Shown here one piece after another: positions 36,375-45,239 of a stretch of DNA of 64,000 bases; position 1 is the first letter of the stretch; each line of letters begins with the position of its first letter. The DNA is from Candidatus Omnitrophota bacterium (GTDB lineage: Bacteria; Omnitrophota; Gorgyraeia; Gorgyraeales; Gorgyraeaceae), in assembly GCA_042572045.1 (NCBI GenBank), contig JBHPFI010000002.1, positions 28,245-92,244 of the forward strand. The letters are read 5' to 3'. The position numbers were made by a program, and so were the translations under genes. Under the pieces are notes generated by a model. That model searched no databases. It was not told the DNA's origin and worked only from the letters and a program-made list of their open reading frames with translations.

Positions 36375-38218
36375 GCCCATCTTCTTCTCTCTGCCAAGAG
36401 GACAATATTCTTTAACTCGTCTTCGTTCCTGGCCTCAAACCATTTTTTATCAAAATCAGGATTCTGTGTCACTTGGGCGATAGCGGCCAGTACTTTTAGA
36501 TGAAGATTGCGTTCGTCAGAAGAGCCTACAAGAATAAATATAATATGCGCTAATTTATCTTCGGGAAAAATAATACCTGATTTCGCCCTGACTAAAACGA
36601 TCTTAAATATATGTTCACCTTCGACAACAATATGCGGGATAGAAAGGCTCTTTCTCAGCACCGTGCTGGATTCTCTTTCCCTTTCTACAAATTTTCTGAA
36701 TAAATCCTGGGACCCTAGGTTTAATTTCCTTCCTAATGTAGCGGATATATCCTTAAAGAAATCTTCCATTTTTAAAGGGTGCTCTATGTCCAGCACATCG
36801 CTTTCTTCGATCAGCTTATGAAACCTGTCTTCTGCAATCCTATCCCTTTGGACAACAATGTCCTTTAGTTCAGTAAGAAGATTGTCCGATGTCAAGTCTT
36901 TATCTTTAACTACCAACTTTTCTAAAGCATATATTAAAGCCGAATCCTGACTGGCCTTTTTTTGACCATAGCATTTGTACCATATGAATCCCAATAAAAG
37001 AAAAAGCATGGTCAGGAAAAGAATATTTGTCCCCATCTCGATTAAAAGGAAAATCCCTCCCAATATTCCTACTATCTGGACATACGGATAAAAAGGAGAA
37101 TAAAATTTAGGCCGATAACTTAAAATCTTACTTTCTCTGAATAAAATAACAGTCAGGTTCGCGAATATATAAAGCAGGATTAAAATACTGGATGCTATCT
37201 TAACTAATAATTCCAACTTCAAAAATAGAACCGCTAAGATCATAAAAGAGCCTGTAAAAAGAATGGCTACGTAAGGGATCTTGGCCCTGGAGCTTATTTT
37301 TTGAAAATAACCGGGGAGCAGTTTATCCCTGCTCATACCCAAAGGATATCTAGAAGCAGTCATAAGTCCTGAATTTGCCGTGGAGACAAAGGCCAGAAAT
37401 GCCCCTAAGCTTATAAATATCTTTAAACCATTCCCGCCAAAAACACCTGCGCCCATAGATACAGGAATAAGCGTCCCTTTTAAGGTTCCGGCATCCAGGA
37501 CGCCTATGGTCACAAAAATAACCAATGTATATAGGATAGAGGTGACTATAATGGAAAGGGCCATACCCAAAGGTAGATTTTTGCCTGGATTCTTTGTTTC
37601 TTCGGCCAGGGCAGCTACTTTGGTCAAGCCTCCATAAGATATAAATACAAAACTCGCGGTAGCAAAAATAGAGCCTACTCCTTTAGCAAAAAATGGAGAA
37701 AAATTTAAGAGATTGATAGATCTTGCGCCCCAAATAATATAAACCGAAAGTATGGCGAGAAGCCCCGCCACCAAAATTATCTGAAATCTGCCTGCTTCTC
37801 TTATACCCGTTAAGTTTAATATAATAAAACAGAGGCAGCAAAATATGGAAATAATACTTAAAGGTATGTCGGTTATTAGACTTAAATACGCGCCCATGCC
37901 TATCAAGGCAAACGCGCCTTTTAAACTCAATGAGAACCAGGAGCTAAAACCAGCCACGGTACCCAAAAGAGGGCCAAACCCTCTCATGATATAAAAATAA
38001 TCCCCACCTGCCTTGGGCATTGCCGTGATCAGTTCTGCCTTGCTTAAAAGCGTAGGGACGCATAAAACCCCTGCTATAATATAAGACAGGATAACTGCTG
38101 GACCTGCCTTACTAAAGGCCAAACCTGGTAAAATAAATAAGCCTGAACTCACCATTGCGCCTGTTGCCACGCAAAAGATATCCAAAAGACCAAGCTCTTT
38201 TTTTAACTCCTGTTTCAT
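36371..38218 (-). CDS. APC-superfamily amino acid permease with a C-terminal soluble regulatory domain (EIIA-Ntr-like)
   Basis: 615 aa. About 12 TM helices, then roughly 170 aa soluble with a HIVVEGEH...IIFILVGS pattern. The convergent end overlaps the helicase gene by 4 nt. Confidence 0.7.
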   Translation of the reverse strand: MKQELKKELGLLDIFCVATGAMVSSGLFILPGLAFSKAGPAVILSYIIAGVLCVPTLLSKAELITAMPKAGGDYFYIMRGFGPLLGTVAGFSSWFSLSLKGAFALIGMGAYLSLITDIPLSIISIFCCLCFIILNLTGIREAGRFQIILVAGLLAILSVYIIWGARSINLLNFSPFFAKGVGSIFATASFVFISYGGLTKVAALAEETKNPGKNLPLGMALSIIVTSILYTLVIFVTIGVLDAGTLKGTLIPVSMGAGVFGGNGLKIFISLGAFLAFVSTANSGLMTASRYPLGMSRDKLLPGYFQKISSRAKIPYVAILFTGSFMILAVLFLKLELLVKIASSILILLYIFANLTVILFRESKILSYRPKFYSPFYPYVQIVGILGGIFLLIEMGTNILFLTMLFLLLGFIWYKCYGQKKASQDSALIYALEKLVVKDKDLTSDNLLTELKDIVVQRDRIAEDRFHKLIEESDVLDIEHPLKMEDFFKDISATLGRKLNLGSQDLFRKFVERERESSTVLRKSLSIPHIVVEGEHIFKIVLVRAKSGIIFPEDKLAHIIFILVGSSDERNLHLKVLAAIAQVTQNPDFDKKWFEARNEDELKNIVLLAERRRWA

Positions 38219-38261
38219 TGATCCGGCCTTCTCTATACTTTAAATACAGCCCTATTGCCGT

Positions 38262-38900
38262 TCATGCAACCTTATCTAGTAAAACATCGGTTAATTCCCC
38301 TTCATCTTCATGGACCTGTTGTATATAGGCGGACGTTAGCAGTAAATACGCTAACGGCACTAAAAAGAAAGAAACTATGTTTCCAATATAAGGAATAACG
38401 GTCAATCCTCCTGCAAAGACAAGATAAATAACGCACAATATGAGATTTACGCCGAGGCCTTTTCGACGCACTATGTTCCAGCTGACCTTAAGAGAACTGA
38501 TTACGTTCTTATTTTTGTCTACCATAAGAAAAATACTAAACAACCACATTGTCCCAAGAAGTATTCCTGGAACTAGAAATAAAACAAAACCCATAAAAAC
38601 CAAGGCGCTTTGTAGCAAAAATAATCCTGTAAGTGGAAAAAATTTATTAAAAGTACGGAACATATCGCCTAGATCAATCTTTCTATCCTCTCTGCGCATA
38701 GCATTCAACATCATCCAGGAAAAGCCACCGCCCAATACTCCTGCCAAGATCAAAAGCGTAGACAGGGAAATAATGCCTAAAAGCAAGGTTGCTAACAATA
38801 CGACAGGGAAATTCTTTTTATAGACATCGATGGCGTCATTAAAACACCTGCCTATGTCAAGACGACCTCGCAAAGAACTATTTGAGTTCTGCATATACAC
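38262..38900 (-). CDS. Polytopic membrane protein of unknown function
   Basis: 212 aa with 5-6 hydrophobic helices. A promoter and RBS lie upstream. No diagnostic motif recognised. Confidence 0.5.
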   Translation of the reverse strand: MYMQNSNSSLRGRLDIGRCFNDAIDVYKKNFPVVLLATLLLGIISLSTLLILAGVLGGGFSWMMLNAMRREDRKIDLGDMFRTFNKFFPLTGLFLLQSALVFMGFVLFLVPGILLGTMWLFSIFLMVDKNKNVISSLKVSWNIVRRKGLGVNLILCVIYLVFAGGLTVIPYIGNIVSFFLVPLAYLLLTSAYIQQVHEDEGELTDVLLDKVA

Positions 38901-38955
38901 CCCTTCCGTTAATATTCAATATCTTCAATACTTTCTGTAAAACTACCCTTTTCAA

Positions 38956-38984
38956 ATTATACATCCTAAACTAAAAAATCCCAA
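38956..38984 (-). promoter_or_regulatory. Promoter of the 38262-38900 membrane protein gene
   Basis: Minus strand TTGGGA, a 17-nt spacer, then TATAAT. The -35 region is part of a 17-mer identical to one at the 47299-47327 promoter. Confidence 0.55.
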
Positions 38985-39064
38985 GCAAAATATTTAACTC
39001 TTAGGGGACGGAGCCCTATTTTTTAGAAATAAGGCGATATCCCCTAAAAAAAATTCACTTTTTC

Positions 39065-39093
39065 TTTTCAAATAAAAATAAATATGCTATACT
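39065..39093 (+). promoter_or_regulatory. Extended -10 promoter of the hss-ODC operon
   Basis: TTTTCA, a 17-nt spacer ending in TGc, then TATACT, about 65 nt upstream of the hss ATG in a very AT-rich region. Confidence 0.45.
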
Positions 39094-39160
39094 AATTTTA
39101 AATAAAAGTCTTTTGAAAAAAATAAAATTTTTAAAATAAACTAAAAAAGGAGGGCCTGTT

Positions 39161-40666
39161 ATGAAATTCGATGGAAAATTATTGGTTATCGGTTGCGGCT
39201 CTGTCTCTCAATGCGCCATACCACTTATACTTAAGCTTATTGAAATGCCTGCACAGAAGATTACCATTATGGATTTTGTTGATAACCGTCCGCGCATCAA
39301 AAACGCTTTAGATAAAGGCGTAAACTATGCCATGGAAAAGGTCCTTCCGGATAACTACGACCGGCTTCTTGGGAAATACATAGGGCCCGGTGATATGATT
39401 ATTGACCTTGCATGGAACATTGACTGTATCACTATTGTCCAGTGGTGCCGAGACAATCAAGTCTTATACTGCAATACTTCTGTAGAAGAGTGGGATCCCT
39501 ATAAGGATTCTGAGCGCAACGATCCGACTAAATACACCTTGTATTCCAGACATATGGAGCTCCGCAGACAAATAAGTGGCTGGAATGAAAAGGGTGTTAT
39601 TACGGCTATCGTTGACCACGGCGCCAATCCAGGCCTCGTATCGCATTTCACAAAAAAAGCCCTTTTGGATATCGGCGAAAAGATCCTGAAAGAAAAACCA
39701 AGAGATCCAAGAAAGGCTCAGTTGGAAAAAACATTAGGGGATAAAAATTTTGCGAAACTAGCTCAGATTGAAGGCCTAAAAACTATCCATATAAGCGAAC
39801 GGGACACTCAAATCACCAACAAGCCCAAAGAAGTAAATGAATTCGTTAATACATGGAGCATCGAAGGCTTTTTTGAAGAAGGCGTTGCGCCTGCGGAATT
39901 AGGGTGGGGAACGCATGAGCGTTATGTGCCAAAAAATGCCTTCTTTCATAGCATAGGTCCAAAAAATCAAATATGTCTGTCAACGATCGGCATGAAAACA
40001 TGTGTCAGGTCGTGGGTCCCATGTGGCGAAATAATAGGGATGGTCGTGCGCCATGGAGAAGCATTTAGTATCTCAGACAGGCTCACGGTCTGGGACAATG
40101 GAAAGCCTGTTTACAGGCCCACTGTTCACTATGCCTACAGGCCCTGTGACGCTGCTATCAACTCGCTGCAGGAGCTTGAAATGAGGCAGTATAAATTACA
40201 GGAAAGGCAAAGGATAATGAACGATGAGATCATAAGTGGAAGAGACGAGCTTGGCGTCCTGCTCATGGGCCATGATTTTAAATCATGGTGGGCGGGGAGC
40301 CTCTTAGATATAGAAGAAGCACGCAGGCTGGTTCCTCATCAAAATGCAACCACGCTTCAGGTCGCAATCTCAGTAGTATCGGCAGCCGTATGGATGATCA
40401 AAAACCCAAAAAAAGGATTCTTGCTGCCTGATGACGTAGATCACAATGAAATCCTAAAAGTCTCCATGCCCTACATAAAACCTTTTATTTCAGAGGCGGT
40501 CGATTGGACCCCGTTAAAAAACATGAATACAAAATTCACCAAATTCGACATCTTAAAGCCCAAAGAAGAAGATATCTGGCAATTTACGACATTCCTGGCT
40601 AACGCAAGAGAGAGGTTAGACATATATGATCCAAACGCAAAACAATTTGAAACCGCCAAAGCCTAA
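39161..40666 (+). CDS. hss: Homospermidine synthase (bacterial type, saccharopine-dehydrogenase-like)
   Basis: 501 aa. N-terminal LVIGCGSVSQCAIPLI Rossmann motif, and overall length and pattern as bacterial HSS. AAGGAGG upstream, followed by an ODC gene. Confidence 0.7.
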   Translation: MKFDGKLLVIGCGSVSQCAIPLILKLIEMPAQKITIMDFVDNRPRIKNALDKGVNYAMEKVLPDNYDRLLGKYIGPGDMIIDLAWNIDCITIVQWCRDNQVLYCNTSVEEWDPYKDSERNDPTKYTLYSRHMELRRQISGWNEKGVITAIVDHGANPGLVSHFTKKALLDIGEKILKEKPRDPRKAQLEKTLGDKNFAKLAQIEGLKTIHISERDTQITNKPKEVNEFVNTWSIEGFFEEGVAPAELGWGTHERYVPKNAFFHSIGPKNQICLSTIGMKTCVRSWVPCGEIIGMVVRHGEAFSISDRLTVWDNGKPVYRPTVHYAYRPCDAAINSLQELEMRQYKLQERQRIMNDEIISGRDELGVLLMGHDFKSWWAGSLLDIEEARRLVPHQNATTLQVAISVVSAAVWMIKNPKKGFLLPDDVDHNEILKVSMPYIKPFISEAVDWTPLKNMNTKFTKFDILKPKEEDIWQFTTFLANARERLDIYDPNAKQFETAKA

Positions 40667-41792
40667 ATCTTCCGAGACAAGCAGTATCGAAAATCTTATA
40701 AGAGCGATGCTAAAAAAACATCGCTCGCCATTCATGCTGATCAGGAAATCCGTCTTGGAAAAACAGTACAGGCGCTTTCGTAAACACCTGCCTGACGTAA
40801 TGCCTTATTACGCCATAAAGGCCAACCCAGACCCTCGCATCATCAAAACATTTGTTAAGCTTGGTTCGGGATTTGACGTAGCAAGCGCTACTGAAATGAA
40901 ACATGTTTTACGTCTAGGGGCATCATCCTCAAAGATCATTTTCGCCAACACCATCAAATCCAATGAAGACATTGAATCCGCCCGAAGGCGTAAAGTCAGG
41001 CTCATGACCTTTGATAATGAATCAGAGCTCTATAAGCTTGCCAAATATTGCCCTAACGCACGCGTACTTGTCCGTATTAAAGTAGCAAATGAGGGCAGCG
41101 TGGTAGAGCTTTCTCTTAAATTTGGCGCAGATAGTGACCAGGCTTTTTTCCTCTTGCGTAAGGCAAAGGCATTAGGTCTAGTGCCTGCTGGCGTCAGTTT
41201 CCATGTAGGTTCTCAGTCCACCAATGTTGAAAACTATCTGCAAGCCCTTGAGCTTTCGGCTAATATTTTTAGAGAAGCGAAGAAAAATGGCTTACCTTTA
41301 AAGATTATGGATATAGGCGGAGGTTTTCCAATACAGCACTTTGACAACGAAATAGGTATAAATTTTGAAAGAATGACTTCACAGATAAAAAAACAAATGA
41401 AGGAACTATTTGATAGAAATGTTAAATTCATTGCAGAGCCAGGCCGCTTCTTTGCAGGCCCAGCCGGCATCCTGGTCACACAGGTTATAGGAAGGACCTT
41501 TCGCAACAATAAAAATTATTACTATATAAATGACGGGATCTACGGCGATTTCTCAGGTATAGTCTTCGATCATTGCAGATATGAGTTCAAGACATTAAGA
41601 CGCGGTCAAAAATTTTTAAGCGCGCTTGCCGGGCCTACCTGTGACTCACTTGATACCCTTTCCATGAATGAAGAGATCCCCGAGCTTTACGTTGGGGATG
41701 TGATTTACGTAAAGAATATCGGCGCTTATTCATGCGCAAGCGCTACCCCTGGTTTCAACGGCTTTCCCCCTGCAAAAATCATTATGGTTTAA
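40626..41792 (+). CDS. Ornithine/lysine decarboxylase, PLP fold-III (eukaryote-like ODC type)
   Basis: YAIKANP (PLP Lys), DIGGGFP and GPTCDSLD motifs. The track start at 40626 overlaps hss by 41 nt; the alternative Met28 at 40707 is possible. Confidence 0.85.
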   Translation: MIQTQNNLKPPKPKSSETSSIENLIRAMLKKHRSPFMLIRKSVLEKQYRRFRKHLPDVMPYYAIKANPDPRIIKTFVKLGSGFDVASATEMKHVLRLGASSSKIIFANTIKSNEDIESARRRKVRLMTFDNESELYKLAKYCPNARVLVRIKVANEGSVVELSLKFGADSDQAFFLLRKAKALGLVPAGVSFHVGSQSTNVENYLQALELSANIFREAKKNGLPLKIMDIGGGFPIQHFDNEIGINFERMTSQIKKQMKELFDRNVKFIAEPGRFFAGPAGILVTQVIGRTFRNNKNYYYINDGIYGDFSGIVFDHCRYEFKTLRRGQKFLSALAGPTCDSLDTLSMNEEIPELYVGDVIYVKNIGAYSCASATPGFNGFPPAKIIMV

Positions 41793-41804
41793 CCTCTTCC
41801 CCCG

Positions 41805-41816
41805 CCTAACTTGACA
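41805..41816. repeat. Isolated left half-site of the element family
   Basis: CCTAACTTGACA 13 nt after the ODC stop, with no matching right arm nearby. Confidence 0.4.
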
Positions 41817-41827
41817 CAAAAAAATGA

Positions 41828-41856
41828 TTTTAAAAATGTGGAGTTTGTGTTATAAT
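41828..41856 (+). promoter_or_regulatory. Extended -10 promoter of the PilZ gene
   Basis: TGtTATAAT at 41848-41856 with a weak -35 TTTTAA 17 nt upstream. 28 nt before the ATG. Confidence 0.45.
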
Positions 41857-41884
41857 AATATACATAAAAAAGAGGAGGTGGAAA

Positions 41885-42289
41885 ATGAGAGAGGCGCGTA
41901 ATGGTAAAGAAAAAAGGGAATTTTTAAGGTATGACTACAATAAACCGATAAAGTATAGCGCGATAAATACAGCCAAAAATAAAAGCTTTGTCTCAAAATT
42001 GCTTACCGGTATATCTAAAAACCTGAGCGTTTCAGGTATATTATTTACTACCAACGCTACAAAGTTACCTGGCATCTGCAGCCTATTGGCCCTGGATTTA
42101 GATTATAAAATAACCAATGTCTGCCAGGAAATAGAAAGCCAGACTTTAATACTAAAAAACAGGGTTATAGGCAAGGTGGTAAGAATAGAAGACAATGAAG
42201 ACGGCACATGCGGCGTTGGCGTGGCATTTGTTAAAAAATCCGATCGTACATCAAAGGATATAAAAAATATAGAGCCCCTAATAAAATAG
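41885..42289 (+). CDS. PilZ domain protein
   Basis: 134 aa. N-terminal REFLRYDY (RxxxR-like) and DLS.SGILF (D/NxSxxG) c-di-GMP-binding motifs. GAGGAGG upstream. Confidence 0.7.
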   Translation: MREARNGKEKREFLRYDYNKPIKYSAINTAKNKSFVSKLLTGISKNLSVSGILFTTNATKLPGICSLLALDLDYKITNVCQEIESQTLILKNRVIGKVVRIEDNEDGTCGVGVAFVKKSDRTSKDIKNIEPLIK

Positions 42290-42309
42290 GGCCTCCTGCG
42301 ATTACTCAA

Positions 42310-42687
42310 TCACTCCTTCAAGAGTTCCTTTATTTTACCCAGCAATACGTGTGATTCAAAAGGTTTTACTATATATGCGTCCGCGCCTACTTCCTCCCCT
42401 GTCTTTCTATCTTTTTCCTGAACCCGCGCAGTAAATATAATAATATAAATATCCTTGTATCTTTCGTCAAATTTAAGCGTCCGACAAACTCTGTAACCAT
42501 CCATCTTTGGTAACATTATATCCAGCAAAATCAGGTCTGGTTTTTCTTTGCGCGCCTTATCAAGCGCTTCGAACCCGTCATGCGCAACAATAACATCGTA
42601 GTTAGCCGCATCTAATCTCATCTTCAGCATCTCAACCAATTGAGGCTCATCATCAACTACTAGGATCTTCTTTCTCGCGCCCGCCAT
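42310..42687 (-). CDS. Response regulator, receiver domain only
   Basis: 125 aa. VDDE acidic pocket, the phospho-acceptor D in LLDIMLP, and conserved T and K (KPF). Confidence 0.9.
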   Translation of the reverse strand: MAGARKKILVVDDEPQLVEMLKMRLDAANYDVIVAHDGFEALDKARKEKPDLILLDIMLPKMDGYRVCRTLKFDERYKDIYIIIFTARVQEKDRKTGEEVGADAYIVKPFESHVLLGKIKELLKE

Positions 42688-42701
42688 TTTATCACTTTCT
42701 T

Positions 42702-44315
42702 TTATTTACAAATTGACTTTTCAATAAGTTCCTCGCTGCTACTTGCCTCATCCGGGTAAATAGTATAACCAAGTCGTACTTCAATCATATCGGTTATTTT
42801 CTTGTTGGTTAGATAAGCTTTTAGAATCTTCTCCGATCTCGTTTTCACTTTAAAACCGCCATTTTTATCGCATTCGGTTAAGCTAATGCCTACCATATTC
42901 GGACCTTTAAAAACCATGTCTCCTGCGCGACGAAAGTTATCCTTGAAAATATTAGCGATATCTTCTAAAACGTCCTCTATTTTTTTATCTGAAAACTTGC
43001 TTCTTGACTTATCAGAAAGTTTTATAGACACAATAATCAGACACATCTTTGAACGTTTATCAATAGCTTCCTTTATCCCATTATTAACGTGCTCTCTAAA
43101 TAAAACCCTAGGCGTATATTTGGGTAGGGTAAAAATAAATCTTGTGCCCTTGCCAAGCTTGCTCTCGACCCAAATAATACCGTTATGTATCTCAATAATA
43201 GCCTTAGTTATAGGGAGCCCCAGGCCTGTGCCTTTGTCGCCAGGGCCGTAGGTACGGTCAAACTGCTGGAACTTGTCAAACACCCTGGGCAGGTTTTCTT
43301 CTGAAATCCCTCTGCCTGTATCAGCCACAGTACATTCAACCTCATCCTCCTTGTCCTTGACTAAAATCTCTATAGATCCATGTTGAGTGAATTTCAAAGC
43401 ATTATATATAAGATTGGTGAATACCTGGTTAATCTTGTCAGAATCAACATAGATATCTATTGTTTCATCCGGAATACTAGTCCTCAGTTCTAAGCCTTTT
43501 TGTTTAAACTTAATCTCGAAAGAAGAGGTGAGTTGTTCCATAAAAGTTTTTATATCGATAGGCCTTTTATTAAGCTCTATCTTGCCGGATTCAATCTTTG
43601 ATATATCAAGCAAATCGTTTATTACACGAGTTAGTCTATTTAAATTTTCTAACGCGACACCAAGAAATCTTCTTTGTTCCTGGTTCACCTTACCAAGCAC
43701 CTCATCTAAAATAAGGCTTATCCCCTCTTTGGTAATAGTAAGAGGGGTCCGTAGTTCATGAGAGACAGTAGAAATAAAATCTGACTTCAATTGATCGAGC
43801 TTTCGGAGCTTTATATTTTTGCTCTCTAGCTCTTTATAAAGAATCCTGATGGCTTCGTTTGTCTTTCTGAGACCCCAGGCCTGTATCTCTAATTCATCCT
43901 TTGCATCTTTAAGCACTTTTTCTGCTTTTTTCTGAGCTGTGATATCCTTGGCAATGTGTACGCAACCTATAAACTTACGGTCATCATCAAAAATAGGAGA
44001 TGAGGTGATTAAAAGAGGCATGGCGATATTAGGATCACCTACTTCCTCTGTGTGTATCTTTTCATCTTTTCTGGTCTTTTCAAATGGGCAATTCGGCCAC
44101 GGTCTATTTGACTTATGAAGTATCTTATAACATTTCTTACCAATAACATCTTCGCGTTGTAATCCAAGCGCATCTAAGCAGGCCTTATTTGTCTTGATAA
44201 CAGTAAAATCATTATCCTGGATGAAAATTATATCCGTTATAGAATCAAACGTCCTCTGCCATTCTTTGGACATCTGTTTTATCTTTTCTTTTACATTTAT
44301 GTTATTTTTCTTCAT
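42702..44315 (-). CDS. PAS sensor histidine kinase with a C-terminal degenerate GGDEF-like domain
   Basis: 537 aa. PAS region, H-box SHELRTPL, N/G1/G2 boxes (NALKFT, DTGRGI, GTGLGL), then about 135 aa matching the GGDEF fold pattern but with KGPNM in place of GGDEF. Confidence 0.8.
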   Translation of the reverse strand: MKKNNINVKEKIKQMSKEWQRTFDSITDIIFIQDNDFTVIKTNKACLDALGLQREDVIGKKCYKILHKSNRPWPNCPFEKTRKDEKIHTEEVGDPNIAMPLLITSSPIFDDDRKFIGCVHIAKDITAQKKAEKVLKDAKDELEIQAWGLRKTNEAIRILYKELESKNIKLRKLDQLKSDFISTVSHELRTPLTITKEGISLILDEVLGKVNQEQRRFLGVALENLNRLTRVINDLLDISKIESGKIELNKRPIDIKTFMEQLTSSFEIKFKQKGLELRTSIPDETIDIYVDSDKINQVFTNLIYNALKFTQHGSIEILVKDKEDEVECTVADTGRGISEENLPRVFDKFQQFDRTYGPGDKGTGLGLPITKAIIEIHNGIIWVESKLGKGTRFIFTLPKYTPRVLFREHVNNGIKEAIDKRSKMCLIIVSIKLSDKSRSKFSDKKIEDVLEDIANIFKDNFRRAGDMVFKGPNMVGISLTECDKNGGFKVKTRSEKILKAYLTNKKITDMIEVRLGYTIYPDEASSSEELIEKSICK

Positions 44316-44324
44316 TTTATAATA

Positions 44325-44690
44325 TCAAAGAAGGCTTTTAACTGCTCCTATCAATGGAGAAAAGCTGCTGCTCTTGGCAAAATAATCATCTGCGCCTGCC
44401 TTTCTGGCCTTTACTGCGTCTACTGCGTCAATAGAGCCTGTCACAATAATAATCTTTGGATTAGTCGGGCCTTCGGTTTTTCTGATCTCTCCACAAATTT
44501 CAAAACCATTGGTATCGGGAAGCAAGGTATCTAAGATTATCAGATCCGGCTTCTCCTCTCTTGTCTTCCTTATGCCTTCAGCGCCATCCTCCGCTGTGAT
44601 AATTTCGCTATAACCGGCCTCTTTTAAATATCTTTTGACAATCAAGGTATCATCTTTGTTGTCGTCGATTATTAAAATTTTCTTACCCAT
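44325..44690 (-). CDS. Response regulator, receiver domain only
   Basis: 121 aa. IDDN..D, ILDTLLPD and KAGADDY patterns. Confidence 0.9.
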   Translation of the reverse strand: MGKKILIIDDNKDDTLIVKRYLKEAGYSEIITAEDGAEGIRKTREEKPDLIILDTLLPDTNGFEICGEIRKTEGPTNPKIIIVTGSIDAVDAVKARKAGADDYFAKSSSFSPLIGAVKSLL

Positions 44691-44729
44691 TTTAGAGCTC
44701 CTTCTATTATCTTCATACTAATCCACGTC

Positions 44730-45215
44730 TTACGACTTACCGCCTTTCCCGTAAGGTAATTTATTGATATTATGCCAGTAAAAACTAAAGACCTTGATGA
44801 CATCGACAAATTCTTCATAACTTACAGGTTTTTGAATATAACTGGCGGCATGATTTCGGTAACTTCTAACGATATCTTCTTGATTCTTGGAACTGGTTAG
44901 CATAATAACCGGGATCGTCATGTATTCCAGATCCTTCTTAAGTGTTTCAAGAACCTGGAATCCGTCTACCTTGGGCATCTTAATATCCAATAGAATCAGG
45001 TCAGGTATGGGATATTGTTGCTTATCTTCATAGCTCCCTTTGTGATAAACAAAATCCAATGCCTCCTGGCCATCGCGAACAATGTAGAGCTTGCTTTTTA
45101 TTTTTAGATGCTTAAACGCTCTTTTGGTTATCAAAATATCGTCTTCTGAGTCTTCAACAAGAAGAATATTCATCGGATCATCATTTGTTTTGTTTTGGTC
45201 TTTTTCATTTAACAT
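44730..45215 (-). CDS. Response regulator, receiver domain only
   Basis: 161 aa. LLVEDSEDD, LLDIKMPK and SYIQKP patterns. Met15 (MNILLVED) is an alternative start. Confidence 0.85.
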   Translation of the reverse strand: MLNEKDQNKTNDDPMNILLVEDSEDDILITKRAFKHLKIKSKLYIVRDGQEALDFVYHKGSYEDKQQYPIPDLILLDIKMPKVDGFQVLETLKKDLEYMTIPVIMLTSSKNQEDIVRSYRNHAASYIQKPVSYEEFVDVIKVFSFYWHNINKLPYGKGGKS

Positions 45216-45239
45216 ATACTATATCCTCATCTCTTCGTA

